Source of the DNA: an uncultured Flavobacteriales bacterium
GTDB lineage: Bacteria; Bacteroidota; Bacteroidia; Flavobacteriales; UBA7430
DNA: 64,000 bases
Assembly (NCBI GenBank): GCA_943789355.1
Contig: CALSTU010000004.1
Span: 585,412 to 649,411 of the forward strand
Reading direction: 5' to 3'
The notes under the pieces are model-generated. The model did no database searches and had not been told where the DNA came from. It saw only the letters and a program-made list of their open reading frames with translations. The position numbers and the translations under genes were made by a program. Shown here piece after piece: positions 1 through 8,621 of the stretch (its first letter is position 1; each line of letters begins with the position of its first letter).

Positions 1-1
1 T

Positions 2-541
2 GACCCTCAATTGGGTTTCATCTCCTTAAACCAAGCTTTAAACTCAGATGAAATTTTAGCCGTAGCCTTTCAATACACCTACAATGGAGTTCCTTACCAG
101 GTGGGTGAGCTGTCTACCGACCTTGCTTCGCCCGATGCTTTGGTGCTAAAACTATTGAAGAGTACCTCGGTTGATGTCGAGCTCCCTCTGTGGAATTTAT
201 CCATGAAAAACGTATACGCGCTGGGGGCGTATCAGGTCAATAAAGAAGATTTTAATCTTCAAATTCAGTATCAGGACGACGAGTCCGGAACCCCGCTTCC
301 CTTTATTCCAGAAGAAGGCTTGAGTAGCTCGCTCTTGATTCAGTTGATGAACCTCGACAATTTAAATCAAAATAACGATCCGGGCCCAGATGGAGTTTTT
401 GACTTCATCCCCAACCTCACCATTAAAACTTCGAATGGGCGTGTTTATCTTCCATCCACAGAGCCTTTTGGAGCCCACTTACGAAGCAAGTTTGCTGAAA
501 TGGGGCTGAGCTCTGCCTTAGCCGATCCGCTATGCTTTTGA
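2..541 (+). CDS. sprA: SprA (T9SS outer-membrane translocon), upstream fragment. The 5' end lies outside the window and the frame terminates at TGA 539-541 after an apparent frameshift
   Basis: Open from the window edge in frame 2 with no stop from position 2. The translation is colinear with the large SprA ORF that continues in frame 0 from position 522. Confidence 0.75.
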   Translation, partial: DPQLGFISLNQALNSDEILAVAFQYTYNGVPYQVGELSTDLASPDALVLKLLKSTSVDVELPLWNLSMKNVYALGAYQVNKEDFNLQIQYQDDESGTPLPFIPEEGLSSSLLIQLMNLDNLNQNNDPGPDGVFDFIPNLTIKTSNGRVYLPSTEPFGAHLRSKFAEMGLSSALADPLCF

Positions 542-3500
542 TGCCTTATACGATTCTACCAAAACGGCAGCTTCACAAGTTGCAGAATTGAATAAATTCA
601 TCATCAAAGGACAATACAAATCCTCTTCAGGATCCGACATTCCTTTGAATGCGATGGATGTCCCTCAGGGGTCTGTGTCTGTAAGTATGGGAGGTGCCCC
701 GCTTGAAGAAAATGTACATTATACGGTAGATTACAATTTGGGTCGAGTGAAAATTATTGACGAAGGAATCTTAAGTTCCGGGCAGCAGATTAACGTAAAA
801 CTAGAAAGCAACTCCGCCTATTCCTGGATGACTAAGCGTTATTTGGGGCTGCACGCAGATTATAAGTTTAACAATGATTTCATCATGGGGGCTACCCTGT
901 TAAATTTATCCGAAAACAGTCAATCTCCTAAGATTAACATGGGTGATGAGCCTATCTCCAATACCATCTGGGGAATAAATGGGTCCTACAAAACAGAAGC
1001 CCCTGTATTAACGCGTTTGGTAGATAAATTACCGCTTATTGAAACCAAAGCGAAATCATCGTTCCTGATTACAGGAGAGTTCGCACAATTTATTCCCGGA
1101 CACCCCAAGTCCATCAACATTGATGAAACGGGTACGGCATATATTGATGATTTTGAAAACAGTCAATCTCCGATTGATCTTCGTGCCTCACAATCATGGA
1201 ATTTAGCAAGTACGCCACAAGACGAAGACTTATTTCCGGAATCAAAAGCTTCAAACGACCTCAGTTACGGGTACAACAGAGCTTTGTTGTCTTGGTATAC
1301 CATCAACTCTGATTTACAGCGAAAAACTTCATACTCTCCACGACACATCACAGATGAAGATCGAGAAGCACCCTACGCGCGCGAGATTTCTATCAACGAG
1401 ATATTTCCAGACAAAGACATCCCGCATGGGCAACCTTTGCGTCTGCGTACTTTTGACCTGGCTTTTTACCCGGAAGAAAGGGGACCCTACAACTTTGATG
1501 TTGATGGTGAGTCAGGAATTTCTTTTGGGATCAGTTCTTCCGGAGCACTCAAGGTGCCTGAATCTCGCTGGGGAGGCGTTGTCCGAAAGTTGCAAACCAA
1601 TGATTTTGAGACCGCAAATATTGAGTTTTTAGAATTTTGGATGATGGATCCTTTTCTTGAGAATTCCAGTTCCTCAGGTGGAGACTTCTACATCAACCTG
1701 GGTAATGTTTCGGAAGACATCCTTAAGGATTCTCGAAAAAGTTATGAAAATGGATTGCCCATTGACGGCGATGAGCGCGATGTAGATACGACGGCTTGGG
1801 GGCGTGTGCCGTCGGTGCAAGCTCTTGTGAATGCCTTTAATAGTGGGCAAGCTGCGCGTAATCTTCAAGATGTGGGATTGGATGGTATGGACGATCAGAT
1901 GGAGCGAGAATTCATATCTGTAGAAGGGAAGCAAACCAAAACCTATTTAGAAAAAATACAATCGTTGCATACGCTCAATTCTGAAGCATACATCAAGGCA
2001 AACGAAGATCCAGCAGCGGATAATTACCATTACTATTACGGAGAAGATTACAATGCTGAAGAAAAAAGCATTCTTGAGCGATACAAGCGATATAATGGTT
2101 TGGAGGGGAATTCACTCATTCCGAATGATAACGATTTGAAGCAACCCTACACGCAACTTCCCGATGTAGAGGATATAAACAGTGATTTTACACTCAGTGA
2201 AACCGAATCATATTTCCAATACAAGATCAGCATACGCCCAGAAGATTTGGGGAAAGTAGGTAACAATTACATCACTTCCATCATCGACAATACCGGTCCA
2301 AATAGCGATACGCGATGGATTCAGTTTAAAGTTCCAATTCGGTCATTTGATAAAAGAATAGGAAGCATTCCCGATTTCAAGTCCATCCGATTTATGCGAA
2401 TGTTCATGACCGGTTTTGAGTCGAATACAGTCCTTCGTTTTGCAACCCTAGACTTGGTGCGTGGAGAATGGCGAAAGTATTTGTATGGCCTCAAGGAAGG
2501 TGAAGAAAATACCCAGTCGGTTGATGCGACAACCACCTTTGACATATCGGTAGTGAATCTAGAAGAAAACGGAAGACGTGACCCCGTGAACTATGTGTTG
2601 CCACCGGGTATTGAGCGAGAGCGGATTTTAGGCTCTACCACCACGCAGCAGCAAAACGAGCAGTCCATTAGTTTTAAAATCAAGGAACTTGCAGATGGAG
2701 ATGCCCGAGGAGCATACAAGAACGTGACCATGGACATGAGGTCCTACAACAAAATGAAGCTCTTTGTTCACGCAGAGGAAATGGCTATGGAAGTGCTTGC
2801 TGATGATGACTTGAATATGTTTATTCGGGTAGGGTCCGATTACAATTCCAATTATTACGAATACGAAATCCCTCTGAAAGTAACCCCTTGGGGTGCGTCT
2901 GCTCGTTCTGAGATTTGGCCAAAAGAAAATGAGATTGAAATTGACTTTGACCTTTTGCGTAAGGCAAAGCTCGATCGAAATGCAGAAATCAGAGAAGGAA
3001 ATGTGGATGTGAGTTTTTCAAAACCTTATTCTTATCCCATTGATGGTGGTAAAAGGCAAATACAGATTGTTGGAAATCCCAACTTAGGAAATGTTCGAAC
3101 AATCATGTTGGGAATTCGAAATCCAGAATCAGATATTTTGTCGACAGATGACGAACTTCCAAAGTCTGTGGAAGTTTGGATCAACGAACTTCGTTTAACC
3201 GACTTTGACGAACGGGGAGGTTATGCTGCAAAAGCACAACTTAAAACACGTTTGGCCGATTTAGGAAGCATAACATTGGCTGGGAACATAAGTACGATAG
3301 GCTTTGGTAGTTTGGAGCAAGGGGTGACGGAGCGAAATAAAGATGAAACACGTCAGTATAACTTTACATCGAACGTAGAGTTGGGGAAACTTTTCTCGGA
3401 GGATGCCAATGTAAAAATACCTGTATTTTTTGGTGTGTCTGAGACGGTTCTGAGTCCTCAATTTAATCCATTAGATCCAGACGTCGAATTGAAAGCAACG

Positions 3501-5942
3501 CTTTCTGACGATCGAATGAGTGAAGGGGCGCGAGATACTTTGAGAAATGTTGTTGAGAATTACACCATGCGACGTTCCCTAAACCTGACTAATGTTCGTA
3601 AAGAGCGAAGTTCTGGTGGCGGAAAACAGGCGAAATCGTCCAAACGCGAAAAATCCTCTAAGAAAAAGATCTACGACATTGAAAACATAAGCTTGAGTTA
3701 TTCATTCAACGAGATTTTCAATCGCAACATCAACACAGAATTTAGTACAAAGAAAGAGCACAATGGAGGTCTGGGCTACAATTACACGAACAACCCAAAA
3801 AATTACAAGCCTTTCAATAAAATTAAATTCTTAAGAAAGTCGAAGTACCTGAGGTTAATCAAAGACTTCAACTTTTATTTGCTTCCAAAAACCATTTCTG
3901 CCCGAGCCGACTTTAACAAGTCTTATGCCGAAACGAAAATGAGGAACATCGCAAGTTTGAATACAACCATGCCCATACAAATGGTGGAGCCAGACACCTT
4001 GTTCAGTAAGTTGTTTCAAATGACTCAGAACTACAATATAAAACATGACTTTACCAGAAGCTTAAAATTAAATTTCTCAGCCAACAGGAGGGCTATCGTT
4101 GATGAACCTGATGGCCGAATAGACAGCAAGTCCAAACGAGAAGCTCTGCGAGACAGTATTCTTACTTTCGGAAGAACAACGACGTACCACCATCAGTTCG
4201 ACTTGCGGTATACGGTGCCCATCAACAAAATACCGCTCACCGATTGGATCAATGTAACGTTAAATTACAATGCTACTTACGATTGGGATGCAGGATCCAG
4301 AGCCATGGTTACGGATTCCATAAATTTGGGTAACATCATTCAAAACACCAACAAGAAAAGAATCAATGCTCAGTTTAAAATGAGCAGTTTGTACAACAAG
4401 GTTCCTTATTTCAAAAACTTAGGGAAAGATACGTCCAAGCGACGTGGCGCTGACAAACGTAAAGATGCTAAGCCAAAGTCAAATGATTCAGAGGATGAGC
4501 TTGCGGACGAAGAAACGAAAGAAAAATGGCGTTTTAACCTCCTTGGTAGGACGGCTCAAGTTCTTTTGTCCGTTAAAAATGTAAACCTGACTTACGATGA
4601 AACCAATGGAACCATGATCCCCGGCTTTATGCCTTCCACTGGGTTTTTAGGAATGGCGGAAAATTTCAATCCAAGGTCTGCTCCTGGGATAGGTTTCCTA
4701 ATTGGTGAGCAGCCAAACTCTTCGGATATATCCAATTTTGCATTGAAAGGTTGGATTACGGCAGACACGCTTTTGAATCAGCAACTCACGCAGCAATATA
4801 CCTCGCGATTGAACATACGTTCAACGGTAGAGCCGATCAAAAAATTGAGAATTCAGCTAACAGCGCAGCGAAGTCATACTCGGAACGAGTCTGAGATTTA
4901 TAAAAACACCGGTACTTTTGACGAACCTATTTTTGAGTCTTTGAATAAAAACGAATCGGGAAGTTTTACCATGTCCTTTTTAGCTATAGGAACAGCTTTT
5001 AGACCCATGCGCATGAATTCGTCGAAAACTTTTGATGAATTGAGGGACATGCGCTCTGATATGGCAAAGTTGGTTGCAGAAGATATGGGGGTTGAATACA
5101 GTCCATCCCAGGACTATCCGACGGGACTGGGTCCTAACTCGCAAGACGTGTTAATTCCGGCCTTCCTTGCGGCCTACTCGGGCTCCGGAGTTTCTTCTCA
5201 AAGCCGAGATAAGTTTCCGAAAATCCCGATGCCCAACTGGAAGATCAAGTATAGTGGGCTAACAGACATTCCATGGGTCAAGAAGCGATTTAAGACCGTA
5301 TCATTGTCACACGGTTATTCCTCTACCTATTCGTTAAGTTCTTATCAAACGAATTTATTTTACACGGCATTGGCTGAGCCAAATAGAGGAACTACGGAGA
5401 CTCATCCTGAAAATTTTGACGTCAACGGAAATTACCTCACCAAATATCAGATTCAAACCGTAAACATCAGCGAGCAGTTTAATCCGCTCATAAAAGTTGA
5501 TGTAACGATGAACAATAGCTTGACCACACGATTTGAAATCAGTAAAGACCGTCAAGTATCGTTGAGCTTAAACAACAATCAAATACAAGAACAGGTGGGC
5601 AGGACCTTAACGCTTGGTGTCGGATACAGAGTAAGTGATTTTGAGCTCAGCTTACCGTCGGCAAACGGAAAGAAAACCTATTCATCCAATTTAGATGTAA
5701 ACCTAGATGTTTCGGTTCGAAAAACAGCCTCAGCCATTCGTAGTTTAGAAGAAAACACCCATCAGTCTGTGAGCGGAAGTACGGACATTTCTTTCAAGAC
5801 CTCAGCTGATTACGTCATGAGTGAGCGCATCAACCTTCAAGTGTTTTACGATCGAATGGTTCGAAAATACGAAGTAGCCAATTCATACGACACGGCAAAC
5901 AACAGTTTCGGAATCAAGCTACGGTTTACTTTCGGGAGGTAG
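522..5942 (+). CDS. sprA: SprA (T9SS translocon / gliding motility protein), main part. Frame 0 is open from 522; the ORF-track start at 588 is only the first start-like codon
   Basis: More than 1,800 in-frame codons. SprA-like sequence is present (AYIDDFENSQSPIDLR, long beta-rich body, terminal beta-strand IKLRFTFGR). The window also carries other T9SS genes. Confidence 0.8.
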   Translation, partial: PIRYAFDALYDSTKTAASQVAELNKFIIKGQYKSSSGSDIPLNAMDVPQGSVSVSMGGAPLEENVHYTVDYNLGRVKIIDEGILSSGQQINVKLESNSAYSWMTKRYLGLHADYKFNNDFIMGATLLNLSENSQSPKINMGDEPISNTIWGINGSYKTEAPVLTRLVDKLPLIETKAKSSFLITGEFAQFIPGHPKSINIDETGTAYIDDFENSQSPIDLRASQSWNLASTPQDEDLFPESKASNDLSYGYNRALLSWYTINSDLQRKTSYSPRHITDEDREAPYAREISINEIFPDKDIPHGQPLRLRTFDLAFYPEERGPYNFDVDGESGISFGISSSGALKVPESRWGGVVRKLQTNDFETANIEFLEFWMMDPFLENSSSSGGDFYINLGNVSEDILKDSRKSYENGLPIDGDERDVDTTAWGRVPSVQALVNAFNSGQAARNLQDVGLDGMDDQMEREFISVEGKQTKTYLEKIQSLHTLNSEAYIKANEDPAADNYHYYYGEDYNAEEKSILERYKRYNGLEGNSLIPNDNDLKQPYTQLPDVEDINSDFTLSETESYFQYKISIRPEDLGKVGNNYITSIIDNTGPNSDTRWIQFKVPIRSFDKRIGSIPDFKSIRFMRMFMTGFESNTVLRFATLDLVRGEWRKYLYGLKEGEENTQSVDATTTFDISVVNLEENGRRDPVNYVLPPGIERERILGSTTTQQQNEQSISFKIKELADGDARGAYKNVTMDMRSYNKMKLFVHAEEMAMEVLADDDLNMFIRVGSDYNSNYYEYEIPLKVTPWGASARSEIWPKENEIEIDFDLLRKAKLDRNAEIREGNVDVSFSKPYSYPIDGGKRQIQIVGNPNLGNVRTIMLGIRNPESDILSTDDELPKSVEVWINELRLTDFDERGGYAAKAQLKTRLADLGSITLAGNISTIGFGSLEQGVTERNKDETRQYNFTSNVELGKLFSEDANVKIPVFFGVSETVLSPQFNPLDPDVELKATLSDDRMSEGARDTLRNVVENYTMRRSLNLTNVRKERSSGGGKQAKSSKREKSSKKKIYDIENISLSYSFNEIFNRNINTEFSTKKEHNGGLGYNYTNNPKNYKPFNKIKFLRKSKYLRLIKDFNFYLLPKTISARADFNKSYAETKMRNIASLNTTMPIQMVEPDTLFSKLFQMTQNYNIKHDFTRSLKLNFSANRRAIVDEPDGRIDSKSKREALRDSILTFGRTTTYHHQFDLRYTVPINKIPLTDWINVTLNYNATYDWDAGSRAMVTDSINLGNIIQNTNKKRINAQFKMSSLYNKVPYFKNLGKDTSKRRGADKRKDAKPKSNDSEDELADEETKEKWRFNLLGRTAQVLLSVKNVNLTYDETNGTMIPGFMPSTGFLGMAENFNPRSAPGIGFLIGEQPNSSDISNFALKGWITADTLLNQQLTQQYTSRLNIRSTVEPIKKLRIQLTAQRSHTRNESEIYKNTGTFDEPIFESLNKNESGSFTMSFLAIGTAFRPMRMNSSKTFDELRDMRSDMAKLVAEDMGVEYSPSQDYPTGLGPNSQDVLIPAFLAAYSGSGVSSQSRDKFPKIPMPNWKIKYSGLTDIPWVKKRFKTVSLSHGYSSTYSLSSYQTNLFYTALAEPNRGTTETHPENFDVNGNYLTKYQIQTVNISEQFNPLIKVDVTMNNSLTTRFEISKDRQVSLSLNNNQIQEQVGRTLTLGVGYRVSDFELSLPSANGKKTYSSNLDVNLDVSVRKTASAIRSLEENTHQSVSGSTDISFKTSADYVMSERINLQVFYDRMVRKYEVANSYDTANNSFGIKLRFTFGR

Positions 5943-6170
5943 TTTGGTATAAAACTTGCAAGATTAATTTTGTTAAGAATTGATTCCCACCCGGAAATAA
6001 ACAATTGTTTGAGGAACGCTTTATGCAACCGTAAGCCAAACTCAACGACTTCCGGAAAAAATGAAGTTGCTTTGGATCCAAATCTCGTCTATAGACCCCA
6101 AGCTTTGTAAAAGTAAAAAAGCAATTCTTTCCTCAAATTTAGTTCCGACCTCCCCCAAAAACTAAATTTC

Positions 6171-7808
6171 ATGAAAAAGTTTTTTTTATCCTTCCTATTT
6201 TTATTTGCGTTTTTCTTAACGCATGCTCAAGTCATGTACAAGCATAATTTTGACGCCCCGAATGGCGCTGAACTTTTCGATTCGGATGGAGATGCTTTTG
6301 CATGGGCTTTACACGACTACAAAGATGGTGATGGATTGGTGGCTACATCAAACAATCTGTTTAGCATGCAGCCGCTCAGGGCAGACAATTGGCTGGTTTG
6401 TTCCTCTGCAGATTTGTCAGGGAGTAATAGCCCGCACCTTTTTTGGAAAGCAAAAGCCTCGGGTGCACGCAACGCAGATGAAAAGCTTACGGTGTATGTT
6501 TCATCTTCTTCACCTGTGGGTGATGGAGGTACAGTAGCTGAATTGATGGTGTCTTCGGCAGAGCTCAAAGAAGTGTTTACTGTAAAGGCTGAAACAACGT
6601 ACACGCATTATCAAATTGATTTGTCGGATTTCAAGGGGCAAAACTCCATTTATATCGCTTTTAGACATCAGAGTGACTCCCCTGTCTTTGGTTTGAATAT
6701 TGACGATGTGGTGGTGTCTGATGTGGATAATCCAGCCATTGATGTTAGTATTGTTGCTCCTTCAAGAGCCTATTTGTCCTCGAATATCGGTTCTGAAATT
6801 AACTTCTACAAAACACTACCATCACCAGATGCTGTTCTACCTATTTCATTTAAAATTGGTAATTACGGTTCAGAGTTCGCAGGAGGTACGTTTAACTACA
6901 CAATCAACGGTGTATCTCATTCCAAAGTCATTTCGAACGCCATTCTTAGGAACGATTTATTCCGTCTTGAAGTAAGCTTAGGTTTAGGACAATTTAGAAT
7001 GCTTGTTGAAGTTTTAGACGCAACAGGAGCTTCGGTTTCAGAGATTGCCACATACAACGTAAAAGTGTCTGAACCCATTCCAGACGTCCGTTTGATAGAT
7101 ACCTATGGAAATCCACACAATTTGTATGATGAGCTGCGAGAAGGAAAAGTAATTTTACTGGATTTCTTTGCTTCTTGGTGCGGCCCTTGTCAATTGTCGA
7201 CCCCCGACATTAATGAAGTTTGGGATCGATATGGAAGAGGTCGTTCCGATTTTCAAGTGTTTGGTGTTACAACCGAACCACAAGATGGGTATGAAGTAAT
7301 CAATAGCCTGGGTTGGGGAGCAGAGTACCCTAAGTTTGCCTTTTCAAATCAAACGAAATCAATGTACGATCATTTTGAGCGAACGGCTGGTGGTGTCGAA
7401 GCCATCCCTTTCTTCGTGATGGTATGTCCGAATCAAGAGAATCCTGCTTATTCCGAGGTTTCTTGGGTTTCTTTCGGTTGGTCGGGGCCCAACGAGTTGA
7501 TCGATGCAGCCTCATTATGCAATGCAAGATTGGCTGTTGATCAGGGTGATGAATCGCAACCATTCCATTTGTACCCAAATCCTGCATCGCAGTCTGCTAC
7601 GACCGTCTTGAATGTAACAACTCCGGGAGAAGTTCGTGTGAACGTTTTTAACAATCTGGGACAAAGTATGTACGCACAGACGGTGAAAATGAGCATGGGG
7701 AGGCATCAAGTTCAAATACCTATTGAAGGATTTGAACCGGGGATGTATTTTGTGAATGTGAAAATGGGGACGCAACAATTTTCTGAAAAGCTGGAGGTCT
7801 TCAAATAA
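6171..7808 (+). CDS. Secreted multidomain protein: choice-of-anchor-J-like N-domain, Ig-like middle domain, TlpA/ResA-type thioredoxin domain (WCGPC) and T9SS type-A C-terminal sorting domain
   Basis: Signal peptide MKKFFLSFLFLFAFFLTHAQ. N-domain motifs DNWLV, YIAFRH and LNIDDVVV. Redoxin motif FFASWCGPCQ. The C-terminus (HLYPNPASQ...GMYFVNVKMG...KLEVFK) is typical of a Por_Secre_tail. Confidence 0.75.
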   Translation: MKKFFLSFLFLFAFFLTHAQVMYKHNFDAPNGAELFDSDGDAFAWALHDYKDGDGLVATSNNLFSMQPLRADNWLVCSSADLSGSNSPHLFWKAKASGARNADEKLTVYVSSSSPVGDGGTVAELMVSSAELKEVFTVKAETTYTHYQIDLSDFKGQNSIYIAFRHQSDSPVFGLNIDDVVVSDVDNPAIDVSIVAPSRAYLSSNIGSEINFYKTLPSPDAVLPISFKIGNYGSEFAGGTFNYTINGVSHSKVISNAILRNDLFRLEVSLGLGQFRMLVEVLDATGASVSEIATYNVKVSEPIPDVRLIDTYGNPHNLYDELREGKVILLDFFASWCGPCQLSTPDINEVWDRYGRGRSDFQVFGVTTEPQDGYEVINSLGWGAEYPKFAFSNQTKSMYDHFERTAGGVEAIPFFVMVCPNQENPAYSEVSWVSFGWSGPNELIDAASLCNARLAVDQGDESQPFHLYPNPASQSATTVLNVTTPGEVRVNVFNNLGQSMYAQTVKMSMGRHQVQIPIEGFEPGMYFVNVKMGTQQFSEKLEVFK

Positions 7809-7846
7809 GTTTACTTGTTTCCTTCGACGTGCAACTAAATAAATAA

Positions 7847-8512
7847 ATGATGAGAAATTACGTACTGCTGTTCTGCTTTATCATGGAATTTGGCTTGATG
7901 GCTCAATCCATTAAAATCCATCAACAAGATTATTATCATGCATCCGCAGGTGAGGAATGCATTTCTAAGCTTTTTGTAGAAAATGTAACCGATCAGGACT
8001 TGGAGATTTTCATCAACCGAAACCAAGTCCCGGGGACCACAAGAAATTACATGTGCTGGAGCGCTTGTCACAACCCATCTGATGGTATGACTTCAACAAT
8101 GCTGGTTCCAGCGAATCGAACGGTAGATAATTTTTCCGGACACATTTTGTCAATGCCAGCGGATTCTACCGTCGTTATCAACTATTGTTTTAACCTCTTA
8201 AACAAACCCAATCAATCCGTCTGTGTTGACGTGCTTTACACCTCTTCTTCTGATTATTTAGGTGCAGAAACTGTTAGTCATAGCACATTTTCGGTACATC
8301 CGAATCCTGCATCTAATGACTTAATCGTTAATTTTGAAGGCGCTGAGTTTGCAGAATTCACACTTTATGATGTTTTGGGAAACCAAGTTCATGCCCGTCA
8401 GATAACAAATGCTACGGCCTTAAATTTAACACACTTCAAGCCAGGGTTGTATTTTTGTGTGTTGACGATTGGGGGCGCTAGGTTGCAAAAAAAGCTATTC
8501 ATCACGCGCTGA
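7847..8512 (+). CDS. Small secreted hypothetical protein with T9SS type-A C-terminal sorting domain
   Basis: Signal peptide ending LMAQS. C-terminal sequence VHPNPASNDLIVNF...LYDVLGNQV...GLYFCVLTIGG...KKLFITR. Confidence 0.65.
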   Translation: MMRNYVLLFCFIMEFGLMAQSIKIHQQDYYHASAGEECISKLFVENVTDQDLEIFINRNQVPGTTRNYMCWSACHNPSDGMTSTMLVPANRTVDNFSGHILSMPADSTVVINYCFNLLNKPNQSVCVDVLYTSSSDYLGAETVSHSTFSVHPNPASNDLIVNFEGAEFAEFTLYDVLGNQVHARQITNATALNLTHFKPGLYFCVLTIGGARLQKKLFITR

Positions 8513-8621
8513 TAAATTACATTACTAAAAAGGGCCCATCAATGGGGCTTTTTTTTTTGCTCTACAGATTCTAATTGATGCACATTACGTATTTTTGTTC
8601 ATTCGCAAACCCCGAATTGTT

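Noticed and set aside
1354-5555. Several 60-107-aa alternative-frame or antisense ORFs inside sprA. Similar ORFs occur inside most large genes in the window.
   Set aside because: All are nested in long, motif-supported genes and show no recognisable domains, so I treat them as chance ORFs.
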